Assembly (NCBI GenBank): GCA_964517625.1
Contig: CAZFBW010000003.1
Location: 46,107 to 110,106 of the forward strand
DNA length: 64,000 bases
Source of the DNA: an uncultured Candidatus Saccharibacteria bacterium
GTDB lineage: Bacteria > Patescibacteriota > Minisyncoccia > Phycocordibacterales > UBA5272
Direction: 5' to 3'
How positions within the stretch are numbered: position 1 is the stretch's first letter; each line of letters opens with the position of its first letter. Both the position numbers and the translations under genes were made by a program. Under the pieces are notes generated by a model. That model had not been told where the DNA came from. It saw nothing but the letters and a program-made list of their open reading frames with translations, and did no database searches. Below are positions 47,898 to 56,918 of this stretch, piece after piece.

Positions 47898-48656
47898 ATG
47901 AACTCTCAATTTGAAAGGAATAACAATGAAGGAAGTAGGGGTGATTTGCGAGAACAACTTGGAAAACTTTTTGGGCGCCCCAATCCTCCAGAAGAAACAG
48001 AAGTTGTGCTCGAGAGTGCCCCTAAGATTATCCCAACCCCGCCTTCTCCTAAACGAAAAGCTCACGAAATAAGATTGTATCGCACTATGTCTAAAGCAGA
48101 ATATGAAAAATACTCCCCAGTATTAAAAAAATTTCAAACATTTATGGTTAGAGATAGGTATCGATATAATTTAGAATTGCTTGCTTTGAGAAATAAGTTA
48201 TTCGACGCCATTGAAGCTAATGATCAGAAAAGCATTCCTGATTTGCTTAAGAAATTTGAAACACAATTAGATGCGGAAATCGAAAGAGACGAGAAAGGGG
48301 ACAAGGAGAGACTGGCTTACTTTCTAAAGGTTCAAGCAACACCTAGAGATAAAGAAACTGTACTGGCTCGAAATATTTATAATGATGACAATAACCATTA
48401 TAAAAAAATCAGTCTAAAAGACGGCTCTCTTATTCAAATGACACCAGAAGAAATTGTTGCTTTTGATAAAGTAGATGACGCTGTGCATTTTAAGTATGCC
48501 GTAGCTTTCAATAAAGGGGAGGTTACAGAAGAAATGATACGAGAAAAAGACGAACTGCTTGATTTGATAGAACTATATAAGTTTGAAGAAGCAGGGAAAA
48601 AAGCAGATGCATTTTTGCAGAAGCACCACAGTGTTTTCTTTGGAATTAAAGAATAA
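47898..48656 (+). CDS. Hypothetical protein (252 aa), AT-rich
   Basis: Long ORF, K/E-rich. Confidence 0.5.
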   Translation: MNSQFERNNNEGSRGDLREQLGKLFGRPNPPEETEVVLESAPKIIPTPPSPKRKAHEIRLYRTMSKAEYEKYSPVLKKFQTFMVRDRYRYNLELLALRNKLFDAIEANDQKSIPDLLKKFETQLDAEIERDEKGDKERLAYFLKVQATPRDKETVLARNIYNDDNNHYKKISLKDGSLIQMTPEEIVAFDKVDDAVHFKYAVAFNKGEVTEEMIREKDELLDLIELYKFEEAGKKADAFLQKHHSVFFGIKE

Positions 48657-48739
48657 GTATATTACTAAAAAATTAGTTTGCAGTTTAGTGTTAAGTCCTG
48701 TAGGATTGCATGAGATTCTTTCAATCAAAGAGGTGATAC

Positions 48740-49114
48740 ATGTCTGGAAAATGTTCTTGGGTTTTAGTTTTTCATCACGGTATTGAACATGCAAAAGATG
48801 ATCCCGATTTCGGTAGAAAATTTGCTGACGCAATTCTTTCTTCCAGACGAGGACATGAAACAATAATTCCAGTTTCAGCTCACTCAGTTGCACACAAAGG
48901 ATCAGCAACGGTTGGGGTGGTGGTAGGAAATTATTTTAGTGGCGACACGCATACGCAAATTGCTATTTCTGAAAAAGGAACTCCGTGGCTTGCTAATGGT
49001 TATGGCAGGCCAGCGTGGTCAACCCTCACGAAAGCAGATGCGATGTATCAGTTGTTTGGTAATCCGAAACCGCGAATCTCGGTCGAAAAACCAATTTCAA
49101 AAATTGAAAAATGA
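48740..49114 (+). CDS. Hypothetical protein (124 aa)
   Basis: AAGAGG RBS. Confidence 0.5.
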   Translation: MSGKCSWVLVFHHGIEHAKDDPDFGRKFADAILSSRRGHETIIPVSAHSVAHKGSATVGVVVGNYFSGDTHTQIAISEKGTPWLANGYGRPAWSTLTKADAMYQLFGNPKPRISVEKPISKIEK

Positions 49115-49115
49115 G

Positions 49116-49150
49116 AAACCGCAGACGAGAGTCTGCGGTTGTTTTTTTGT
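49116..49150. terminator. Bidirectional terminator (AAACCGCAGAC-gagag-GTCTGCGGTT + T7)
   Basis: Perfect stem between convergent genes. Confidence 0.8.
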
Positions 49151-49157
49151 TTCCGAT

Positions 49158-49481
49158 TTAGGCCACATCGGAAAGGATATACATTCGCTTATTGTAGACG
49201 ATATAAATTCCCGGAGGGAAGATGATATTGTCATAGACTGCGATGCCATAGTTCCCGTCTTTGGACTTTTCTGGCATGAATTCCATTTTTCCAAGCGACA
49301 AATGCCAATGATGGCGCTTGTAGAAGAATCCCCAGCCTTTTTTCTTAGCAATTTTGGCTATTCTTTTACGGAAGTCACGTTTGTATGCTTTTTGTGAGGC
49401 GAGGGAGCCAACAGTATTTCTGCGCGCTTGCGCAACCAACTTACGAAGTTCTTTCGGTAACTGTGGGTAGGCTGTTTTCAT
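49158..49481 (-). CDS. Basic hypothetical protein (107 aa), paralog of the 49690-50034 product
   Basis: Shares KKKxW..R..W.L..G......DG...I.V......PPGIYIV architecture with its neighbour. Confidence 0.5.
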   Translation of the reverse strand: MKTAYPQLPKELRKLVAQARRNTVGSLASQKAYKRDFRKRIAKIAKKKGWGFFYKRHHWHLSLGKMEFMPEKSKDGNYGIAVYDNIIFPPGIYIVYNKRMYILSDVA

Positions 49482-49684
49482 GGGTTCTCCTTCTTCAAAG
49501 TTTTCGCAAGTTGACGCTGTACGCTTCCTACAAGTTTTTGTTTTTGACGGATCCTTCTTCTTGCTTCACGAATTTGATGTTGCAAGTCTTTTATAAGAAT
49601 TTCTTCGCCCGCCACAGACCTTGTATCTAGACCGCGAACCTCAAAAAGACCACTACCTGTTTTTACAACTTTGACCATTGTCAC
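49478..49684 (-). CDS. Small basic hypothetical protein (68 aa), translationally coupled (ATGA overlap)
   Basis: Overlaps the downstream gene's start by 4 nt. Confidence 0.4.
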   Translation of the reverse strand: MTMVKVVKTGSGLFEVRGLDTRSVAGEEILIKDLQHQIREARRRIRQKQKLVGSVQRQLAKTLKKENP

Positions 49685-49689
49685 CTCCT

Positions 49690-50034
49690 TTAGATATTAG
49701 GAATGACACGATGTAATTTGCCTTCTCGTGTGACGATGTAGTACCCAGGTTTCAAAGGGACGGTGGTAATCGTTACCGGAATAAGATCCCCCTCGTTCCA
49801 GAGATAACCAAGTGTTCCTTGGTGCACAGGTAACTTCCACCTACGACGCATGTGTAAAATTTTCCACTTCTTTTTCTTTGCTTCTTTTTTTAAAAGTTTT
49901 ACCCACGCCTGCATTGTGTATGCGCGTGCACGTGATGGAAGTTCGGGAATACGTCCCGTGGCAACCAGTTTTGATACAAGTGGCGCTAGTTTTTCACGAC
50001 AATCGAATTTGTTTTTTGGAAAGATAATTTCCAC
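49690..50034 (-). CDS. Basic hypothetical protein (114 aa), paralog of the 49158-49481 product
   Basis: KKEAKKKKWKILHMRRRWKLPVHQGTLG...KPGYYIV. Confidence 0.5.
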   Translation of the reverse strand: MEIIFPKNKFDCREKLAPLVSKLVATGRIPELPSRARAYTMQAWVKLLKKEAKKKKWKILHMRRRWKLPVHQGTLGYLWNEGDLIPVTITTVPLKPGYYIVTREGKLHRVIPNI

Positions 50035-50133
50035 TCGCCCCTCCTTAATTGAGCATCTAGTAAAAATCCTACCACCAACAGTGCTCTCTACCTAGTTTTT
50101 GATACTTTATCCTTATTTTTAAAGGACTTTTAA

Positions 50134-50210
50134 GTGGGAGATATCCACAGTTTGGTGTAGCATTTGGAGACTAAAGTGGGGTATAATGTATTGCAGTGGG
50201 GCATTGTGGG
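50134..50210 (+). promoter_or_regulatory. mraZ promoter with MraZ-box-like GTGGG direct repeats (50134, 50173, 50193, 50203) and extended -10 TGGGGTATAAT
   Basis: GTGGG-N5-GTGGG spacing at 50193/50203; TATAAT at 50179-50184; ~30 nt upstream of mraZ ATG. Confidence 0.5.
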
Positions 50211-50231
50211 AGAAACGCTCCAAATAACAAA

Positions 50232-50666
50232 ATGTTAATCGGCCAGTACACACACGAACTCGATCCAAAAAAGCGCTTAACGCTGCCTGCTAAGTGGCGC
50301 AAAGACCTCGGAAAGAAGGTTGTGATTACTAATGGCCTCGATAGTTCATTATTTATTTTTACGGAAAAGGAGTGGAATACCATTGCACAAAAGCTCGCAC
50401 AGACCGGCTTTGGGAACGCCGACTCGCGAAGCTTTAATCGCGTCATGCTCGCACACGCTTTTGAAGTCGACATTGACGCTGCTGGACGTATTCTCATTCC
50501 TGACCCGCTCAAGGAATCTGCTCATCTCACATCTAAAGTTGTTCTTGCTGGAATGTATTCACGCATTGAACTTTGGGATGAAGAGGGTTGGAAGAAATAT
50601 TCGGCAAAAGCTTTGGGAGAAGCTGATGCTCTTGCTTCCAAACTAAGCGACCTAGGAATGCTCTAA
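50232..50666 (+). CDS. mraZ: Transcriptional regulator MraZ
   Basis: MLIGQYTHELDPKKRLTLPAKWR... duplicated DXXXR half-domains. Confidence 0.85.
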   Translation: MLIGQYTHELDPKKRLTLPAKWRKDLGKKVVITNGLDSSLFIFTEKEWNTIAQKLAQTGFGNADSRSFNRVMLAHAFEVDIDAAGRILIPDPLKESAHLTSKVVLAGMYSRIELWDEEGWKKYSAKALGEADALASKLSDLGML

Positions 50667-50752
50667 ACAACATTATGAACATTGCCTTCTCAACAATTTT
50701 TTACCGTCTTCCTACTTCGACCAGTAAGAAGACTAATACTAAAACGCAAACC

Positions 50753-51649
50753 ATGGAACACACTCCTGTACTCTTACGCGAAACAATCGAAGGCCTTGCT
50801 CTTAAGAAGGGAGGTGTTTACGTTGACTGCACCGTTAATCGTGGAGGCCACAGTGTGGAGATTGCAAAAGTAATCGGCAAAAACGGCACGCTTATTTGTA
50901 TCGACCTTGACCAGGACGCACTTTCACAAGCAAAGGAGAGACTTGAAGCAATTAAACGCGGAGCACCAACGCTTCATTTTGTGCATTCAAACTACCGTCA
51001 TCTGATGAGTATTTTGAAGAAATTAAATATCGATAAAGTCGATGGCATTGTTGCTGACCTCGGGCTTTCATCACAGGAACTTGAAAGTTCAAAGCGTGGA
51101 TTTTCTTTCCTTCGTGAGGAACCACTCCAAATGACATTTGATGCGCACCCAACAGAAGATATGACAACTGCGTTTGACATTGTGAATTTCTGGAGCGAAT
51201 CAACCATTGCTGACGTGTTGTTTGGGTTTGCTGATGAACGTTATGCAAAGCGTATTGCAAATAGAATTGTGGAAGCTCGTACGAAAGAACCAATCAAGAC
51301 CACAACACAATTGGTTGCGATTATCGAACAAGCTGTTCCAGTTATGTATCGCCACAAGAAAACACACTGTGCAACAAAAACATTCCAAGCGCTTCGTATG
51401 GCGGTCAATGATGAATTAGGAAGCATTGAAGAATTACTCACCACGGTTCCCGATGTGCTATCTCACGGTGGACGATTTGCGGTCATTACTTTTCATAGTA
51501 CGGAGGACAGACTTGTGAAAAAAGGATTACGAGCACAGGCGGGCACGATGACCATGATTAACAAGAAAGCCATTATTCCAAGTGACGAAGAAATGAGTAA
51601 CAACCCCCGGTCACGCAGTGCTCAGTTACGAATCGCAGAAAGAAAATAA
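50753..51649 (+). CDS. rsmH: 16S rRNA (cytosine1402-N4)-methyltransferase RsmH/MraW
   Basis: HTPVLL.E....L......YVDCT.NRGGHS; DLGLSSQEL..S.RGFSF. Confidence 0.85.
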   Translation: MEHTPVLLRETIEGLALKKGGVYVDCTVNRGGHSVEIAKVIGKNGTLICIDLDQDALSQAKERLEAIKRGAPTLHFVHSNYRHLMSILKKLNIDKVDGIVADLGLSSQELESSKRGFSFLREEPLQMTFDAHPTEDMTTAFDIVNFWSESTIADVLFGFADERYAKRIANRIVEARTKEPIKTTTQLVAIIEQAVPVMYRHKKTHCATKTFQALRMAVNDELGSIEELLTTVPDVLSHGGRFAVITFHSTEDRLVKKGLRAQAGTMTMINKKAIIPSDEEMSNNPRSRSAQLRIAERK

Positions 51650-51682
51650 ACAAGGAAAACATTACACATAACTAACAAAACC

Positions 51683-52009
51683 ATGAAACAACAAATCACA
51701 ATCTACAAAACCATGACGCTTCGTGAACGAATTGTTAATACCATGCTTGTAACGTTTGTGGTGTTGGTTGTTGTGTATGGAATGATTCTCCTTTCTCTTG
51801 TCTTTTCTGTGATTGAACGCAAGCAAGCTCTTGCTTCCACAAAAGACATTATTTCTTCATTAAGTTCTGTGGAAACAAAGTATGCTTCAACCATTGCAAA
51901 CATTAATGATACAGTGCTAGCCGAAAAGGGATTTGCTCGTCTTGATGGTACAACGCTTACGGTTCGCAAAGATCCAATCGCCGGGTATACTGTGCTCTAT
52001 GAGCGTTAA
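51683..52009 (+). CDS. ftsL: FtsL-like small bitopic cell-division protein
   Basis: Single TM + periplasmic coiled segment; position between rsmH and ftsI. Confidence 0.45.
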   Translation: MKQQITIYKTMTLRERIVNTMLVTFVVLVVVYGMILLSLVFSVIERKQALASTKDIISSLSSVETKYASTIANINDTVLAEKGFARLDGTTLTVRKDPIAGYTVLYER

Positions 52010-53744
52010 TGGCGCACCGCAAATAACGGAAGCCCAGGAACTGCGTTCTATCTTTAGAGCGCAGTTCTTGTCTCTTTTTTGGTTGCTTCTTTTAGTCATT
52101 ATTCTTGGACGGGTTGTCTATATTCAGGTCTTTAAACACACATACTATACCGACTTGGCGGATAAACAGTACATTGCTAAAACACCGTCATCATTTGACC
52201 GCGGGTCTATCTTTTTTAAAAATCAAAATGGTGACATGGTATCTGCGGCCAAGCTTTCCTCGGTGTACCGCGTAGCCATTGACCCAACACGAATTGAAAA
52301 TAAAGAAGAAGTTTTTAAGATTCTTTCTGAAAAGATTGAACTTTCTTCCGAGACCTTTTTTACTAAAGCCTCAAAAGAAAATGATCCATACGAAGAAATT
52401 GCTGTAAATGTACCAGAAGATACGGCTACATTTTTGGAAAAGAAAAAAATTAAAGGAGTACTTTTTATTAAAGACAACAAGCGCTCGTACCCACAAGCAA
52501 CGGTTGGTTCTCAGGTGCTTGGTTTTGTTGGAAGTGATGGCTATAACGTGCGCGGGCAATATGGTGTTGAAAAATATTATGATGACGTACTGGCGCGAAG
52601 CAAGGATGAGAAAACCATTAATTTTTTTGCAGAACTTTTTGCTGACATCGATACCAATCTTGTTTCAAATACTGATGCACGCGTGGGAGATGTTGTGCTT
52701 ACCATTGATTCTGAAGTTGAACGCTTGCTCCATAAGACGCTTGTGGAAACAAAAGCAGAATGGCGTTCAGAAATTATTGGGGGAATTGTTATGGACCCGA
52801 AAACAGGTGCAATCATTGCAATGGACGCATTGCCATCATTTGACCCGAATGATTTTTCGCAAGTCGAAAGTCAAAGTGTGTATCGCAATCCGCTTGTTTC
52901 AAGTGTGTATGAAATGGGAAGTATTATTAAACCGCTCACTATGGCCTCCGCACTTGATGCTGGCGCAGTAAACGAAGAGACAACATACTACGACACGGGA
53001 TTTCGTGATTTGAATAATTACAAAGTACGCAACTACGACGAGAAAGCGCGTGGAACAACAAAGATGCAAACAATTCTTGATAAATCACTTAACGTGGGTA
53101 TTGTCTTTTTAGTTGAAAGTTTAGGGACAAAACGTTTTCAAGAATATTTTAAAAAATTTGGTCTTGGTGAAGAAACAGGAATTGATTTGCCGGGAGAATC
53201 TGCTGGACTTATTAAAAATTTGAAAAGTAATGTGTTGGTTGATAGTGCAACCGCTGGATTCGGCCAGGGTATTGCCATCACACCGATTCAAACTATTCGT
53301 GCACTCTCTGCGCTTGGTAATGGTGGATATTTACCGGCACCGCACGTGGTTGAACGTATCAACTATAAAAATGGCACCGTGAAAGCAATTATTCCAGACC
53401 AAGGAGAAATGATACTTCAAAAAGGAACAAGTGAACGTATTACACGCATGCTTGTACACGTTGTTGATACCGCACTTAAGGATGGCGCATATAAAATGCC
53501 CCATTACACAATTGCCGCAAAAACGGGCACAGCACAGATGGTAAAACCGGGAGCGGGATACTACGATGATAGGTACTTACACTCGTTCTTTGGCTATTTT
53601 CCGGCCTATGAGCCACGGTACATTGTTTTCCTCTTCCATACGTATCCAAAAGGGGCTGAGTATGCATCCGCAACACTCACTGACCCATTTTTCAAAATTG
53701 TGAAGTTTTTGATTTCGTATTATCAAATTCCACCGGATAGATAG
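51999..53744 (+). CDS. ftsI: Penicillin-binding protein (FtsI/PBP3-like, dcw cluster)
   Basis: GSIIKPLT (SxxK), SxN, KTGTAQ; ATG 51999 overlaps the ftsL stop by 11 nt. Confidence 0.75.
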   Translation: MSVNGAPQITEAQELRSIFRAQFLSLFWLLLLVIILGRVVYIQVFKHTYYTDLADKQYIAKTPSSFDRGSIFFKNQNGDMVSAAKLSSVYRVAIDPTRIENKEEVFKILSEKIELSSETFFTKASKENDPYEEIAVNVPEDTATFLEKKKIKGVLFIKDNKRSYPQATVGSQVLGFVGSDGYNVRGQYGVEKYYDDVLARSKDEKTINFFAELFADIDTNLVSNTDARVGDVVLTIDSEVERLLHKTLVETKAEWRSEIIGGIVMDPKTGAIIAMDALPSFDPNDFSQVESQSVYRNPLVSSVYEMGSIIKPLTMASALDAGAVNEETTYYDTGFRDLNNYKVRNYDEKARGTTKMQTILDKSLNVGIVFLVESLGTKRFQEYFKKFGLGEETGIDLPGESAGLIKNLKSNVLVDSATAGFGQGIAITPIQTIRALSALGNGGYLPAPHVVERINYKNGTVKAIIPDQGEMILQKGTSERITRMLVHVVDTALKDGAYKMPHYTIAAKTGTAQMVKPGAGYYDDRYLHSFFGYFPAYEPRYIVFLFHTYPKGAEYASATLTDPFFKIVKFLISYYQIPPDR

Positions 53745-53790
53745 TCAGTAGTTTGATAGCTGCTAGTTCGTAGGCGGCATATGTTAGTAT

Positions 53791-54612
53791 GTGTATATGA
53801 AAGGTAAGATTCCACAAAATCAAAAACCAGCGATTAATAATCATAAACCCACAGAAACTTCGTGGGGCAATGTCGCATCGTGGTACGATACGCACTTAGA
53901 AAAAACCGGGGACACGTATCATGAAAAAGTGGTGTATCCTAATCTCGCGCGCTTGCTTGGTGATGTAAAAGGCAAACATGTGCTTGATCTCGCGTGTGGG
54001 CAGGGCCAGTTTTCACGATTACTTGCAGAGGCAGGGGCATCCGTCATTGGTGTTGATGTAGGGAAGGCCCTACTTGATATTGCAGAAAAGAAAAATAAAC
54101 CCTACAAGTTTAAAATTTTTTATTACAACACGGCGTCTCATGATTTGTATATGATTAAAGATGGTACACAAGACATTGTTGTTTGTGTGCTTGCGCTTCA
54201 AAATATTGAAAACTTACAGGAAACCTTGAAAGAAGTTTCGCGTGTGCTTGCAAAAGACGGAACATTTGTATGTGTGCTCAACCACCCAAGCTTCCGTATT
54301 CCACGCGGAAGCGGTTGGGGATACAACGAGCACGAACAAGTGCAGTATCGTCGCATCGAAAGTTATCTTTCAGAAGCAAAAGTAAAAATTGACATGACAC
54401 CAGGAAGCACAACGGATAAAAAATTTACGTACTCATTTCATCGTCCGCTTCAGGTGTATGTAAAGGCCTTTGCAAAAAACCACCTCGCAATCACTCGTCT
54501 TGAAGAGTGGGAATCGCACCGTAAAAGTGAAAAGGGGCCAAAGCAAAAAGTGGAAGATAAAGCACGAAAAGAAATTCCGTTGTTTATGTGTATTGAGTGT
54601 AGAAAGATATAA
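53791..54612 (+). CDS. Class I SAM-dependent methyltransferase
   Basis: VLDLACGQGQFS motif I; VIGVDV; DIVVC. Confidence 0.65.
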   Translation: MYMKGKIPQNQKPAINNHKPTETSWGNVASWYDTHLEKTGDTYHEKVVYPNLARLLGDVKGKHVLDLACGQGQFSRLLAEAGASVIGVDVGKALLDIAEKKNKPYKFKIFYYNTASHDLYMIKDGTQDIVVCVLALQNIENLQETLKEVSRVLAKDGTFVCVLNHPSFRIPRGSGWGYNEHEQVQYRRIESYLSEAKVKIDMTPGSTTDKKFTYSFHRPLQVYVKAFAKNHLAITRLEEWESHRKSEKGPKQKVEDKARKEIPLFMCIECRKI

Positions 54613-54654
54613 AGTAAAAAGAGCGATGCCTATCGCATCGCTCCCAACTATTTG

Positions 54655-55077
54655 TTAGTCTTTAAACCACACCCTTGTGGGTGGGATAACGAGAGTGTCA
54701 CTACCCACCAATTTAATGAGGTCTTTGGAAAAAACACGAATATTTCCCTGAATTGAATTCGGGTACCACCAAGATATTAATTTATCGATTTTTTCTGGAC
54801 GCATTCCCACAACAACCGTAGAGTATGTCCTGCTTGAACCGAACCCAATTTCTCTGAACTCAACTAGCTTAGAGTCGCCTTCGAGTTGAGAATCATTGCC
54901 CCAATCTATTTCATTAGGGCAAAACCCACCAACATTTTTGTGAGGAGGAATTGGCATTTCTTTAAACAAGTGGTCCCAATCTGGTGTAAGCATGACTTCC
55001 CAAAGAAATTTTACTGCCAATGAAATATTTCTCGGGAGCTTGCTTTTTGTGTATCCAGGTTTTACGACTGACAGCAT
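54655..55077 (-). CDS. Hypothetical protein (140 aa), paralog A (WDHLF motif family)
   Basis: GGAGG RBS; conserved 5'UTR TTTACGGAGG shared with paralog B. Confidence 0.5.
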   Translation of the reverse strand: MLSVVKPGYTKSKLPRNISLAVKFLWEVMLTPDWDHLFKEMPIPPHKNVGGFCPNEIDWGNDSQLEGDSKLVEFREIGFGSSRTYSTVVVGMRPEKIDKLISWWYPNSIQGNIRVFSKDLIKLVGSDTLVIPPTRVWFKD

Positions 55078-55185
55078 ATAAACCTCCGTAAAGGACAGTT
55101 ACATCACAACGCGTAAAGCGTATAGATGACACACCAGGATTGGTGTGTCATTGTACACTACAAATAAAAAAGATATATGTCAAAA

Positions 55186-55220
55186 ATAAAAGGGCGATGT
55201 TGTAGACATCGCCCCTTTCG
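55186..55220 (-). terminator. Terminator hairpin AAAGGGCGATG-ttgtaga-CATCGCCCCTTT
   Basis: Downstream of paralog B on minus strand, followed by a U-run. Confidence 0.65.
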
Positions 55221-55223
55221 TTA

Positions 55224-55631
55224 TCATTCCACTTTTTCTTCCACTTTTGTTGCTTCCACCAAAAGGCGACGAGTATTGTATTCTTGTGCGAGCTGTTTGT
55301 TGTGCACGACCAGGTCCATCTTGATGGAGCTGGGGTTCCAAAAATCAAAACCGACGATTGGTTCTTTGCGCACCCCAATGGTGACTATTGACCCAGTTTT
55401 CTTTTCAAGAAACATCACTACCTCAGTGTCGCCTTCGCAAATTTCTCCCAACCCCTCGATGACTACATTCGGACGAAATGAAAGCATGTTAGGGAGAAGA
55501 GGGCACGGAAACAAGTGATCCCACATATTGGTGTGAAAGACCTGTGCCAAGAATTCCTCTGCATGTACCACCGCAGGAGATTTCTCGGTTTTGGTGAGAC
55601 TTCCTTTTTTCTTGGTGTTGGAACGGGGCAT
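55224..55631 (-). CDS. Hypothetical protein (135 aa), paralog B (WDHLF motif family)
   Basis: Alignable with 54655 product over ~90 aa. Confidence 0.5.
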   Translation of the reverse strand: MPRSNTKKKGSLTKTEKSPAVVHAEEFLAQVFHTNMWDHLFPCPLLPNMLSFRPNVVIEGLGEICEGDTEVVMFLEKKTGSIVTIGVRKEPIVGFDFWNPSSIKMDLVVHNKQLAQEYNTRRLLVEATKVEEKVE

Positions 55632-55788
55632 GGAATACCTCCGTAAAGAACGGTTGATATTTAGGCATCTACTAATGTTGAATTCTGTAGTATTTGTATC
55701 ATATTGTCAATAAATGTTTTTTATGTTTTCTTGATTCCCCAACTAGTGAAAGTTAGGTTTTTGTGCGACATGATATAATAAAGCGCAT

Positions 55789-56445
55789 ATGAAATTATTG
55801 CCAAAATCATTAGATACCCCACAGATGAAGCTTGTGTTTGGATTAGTAGCCGTTATTGTGCTTGTGCTCGCATATTATTTTTATGTAACAAGTAAGGGTG
55901 TAGTTGAAACAACACCCGCAATAGAAGTAACACAGACTGATCATGTTCGTGGAAATCAAACCGCAAAAGTAACCTTGATTGAATTCGCGGATTTCCAATG
56001 TCCGGCATGTGCTGCATACGAAGGTCTTGTTCAAAAAGTGCTTGCTGATAATGCACAAGACGTGAAGCTTGTTTTCCGTCATTTCCCACTCATTCAGATT
56101 CACCCAAATGCACTTCTTGCTGCTAAAGCATCTGAAGCTGCTGCTCTTCAAGGAAAGTTTTGGGAAATGCACGACATGTTGTATGCAAAGCAACAAGAGT
56201 GGTCAAGTTCTGCAAGCGCTAAGGCGCTCATGGTTGGATACGCTTCTTTACTTAACCTAAGTGTAAAACAATTTGAAGCGGATCTTACAAGCGAAGCAGT
56301 AGAGAAAAAAATTATGGCGGAATATCAAGAAGCGATGCGTTTGAAAGTACCAGGTACACCAACCTTTTTCTTAAACGGCAAAATGATTGAAAGTCCTCGT
56401 TCTCCAGAAGAATTTACAAAATTAATTCAAGAAGCAGCAAAATAA
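55789..56445 (+). CDS. DsbA-family thiol:disulfide oxidoreductase, membrane-anchored
   Basis: FADFQCPACAAY CxxC thioredoxin motif; N-terminal TM. Confidence 0.7.
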   Translation: MKLLPKSLDTPQMKLVFGLVAVIVLVLAYYFYVTSKGVVETTPAIEVTQTDHVRGNQTAKVTLIEFADFQCPACAAYEGLVQKVLADNAQDVKLVFRHFPLIQIHPNALLAAKASEAAALQGKFWEMHDMLYAKQQEWSSSASAKALMVGYASLLNLSVKQFEADLTSEAVEKKIMAEYQEAMRLKVPGTPTFFLNGKMIESPRSPEEFTKLIQEAAK

Positions 56446-56591
56446 CATGTTCAAAGATTTTTTTATCAAGCAAGTCGACGACCGTTGAGGGAGGAAGATG
56501 TCGTAAGCCAGTAGGCGTCGACCAGTAAAACAAAGATAATTTAACCACCAAAATAAAAATAACATGTTCAAAGATTTTTTTATCAAGCAAG
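56439..56591 (+). repeat. Two 36-nt direct repeats (56439-56474 and 56556-56591), each carrying RBS + ATG + first 9 codons of the 56564 gene; copy 1 is followed by a 48-nt insert (56475-56522) bounded by TCGACG/CGTCGA
   Basis: Copy 1 encodes the 13-codon uORF MFKDFFIKQVDDR*; the insert holds GGGAGGaagATGtcgTAA. Confidence 0.7.
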
Positions 56592-56791
56592 CAGTAAAAT
56601 ATGGTTCAAAAAATTTGCCGAAAGATCAGCAAGAAATGCTTCAGCACGCCGTAGAAAAAGATCCAAAACTTTTTGAAAAAATTGCAAAGGAAATTGATGT
56701 ACTCAAAAAGCAGGGAAAGCCAGAAATGTATGCAAGTCTGGATGTGATGAAGAAGTATCAGAAGGAACTTCAAGAATTGTTTAAAAAGTAA
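56564..56791 (+). CDS. Small K/E-rich hypothetical protein (75 aa)
   Basis: ORF after repeat copy 2. Confidence 0.45.
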   Translation: MFKDFFIKQAVKYGSKNLPKDQQEMLQHAVEKDPKLFEKIAKEIDVLKKQGKPEMYASLDVMKKYQKELQELFKK

Positions 56792-56918
56792 AAAATAGAA
56801 ACTTTTTTGTTTTTTCATCGTTTTGCCCTGAGGCATATTTTCTGTTACTATTGACGGCAGTTAGTTCTATATATACAAGCAAAATCCCAACGAAACTAAG
56901 CACACCAAGGAGAACAAC

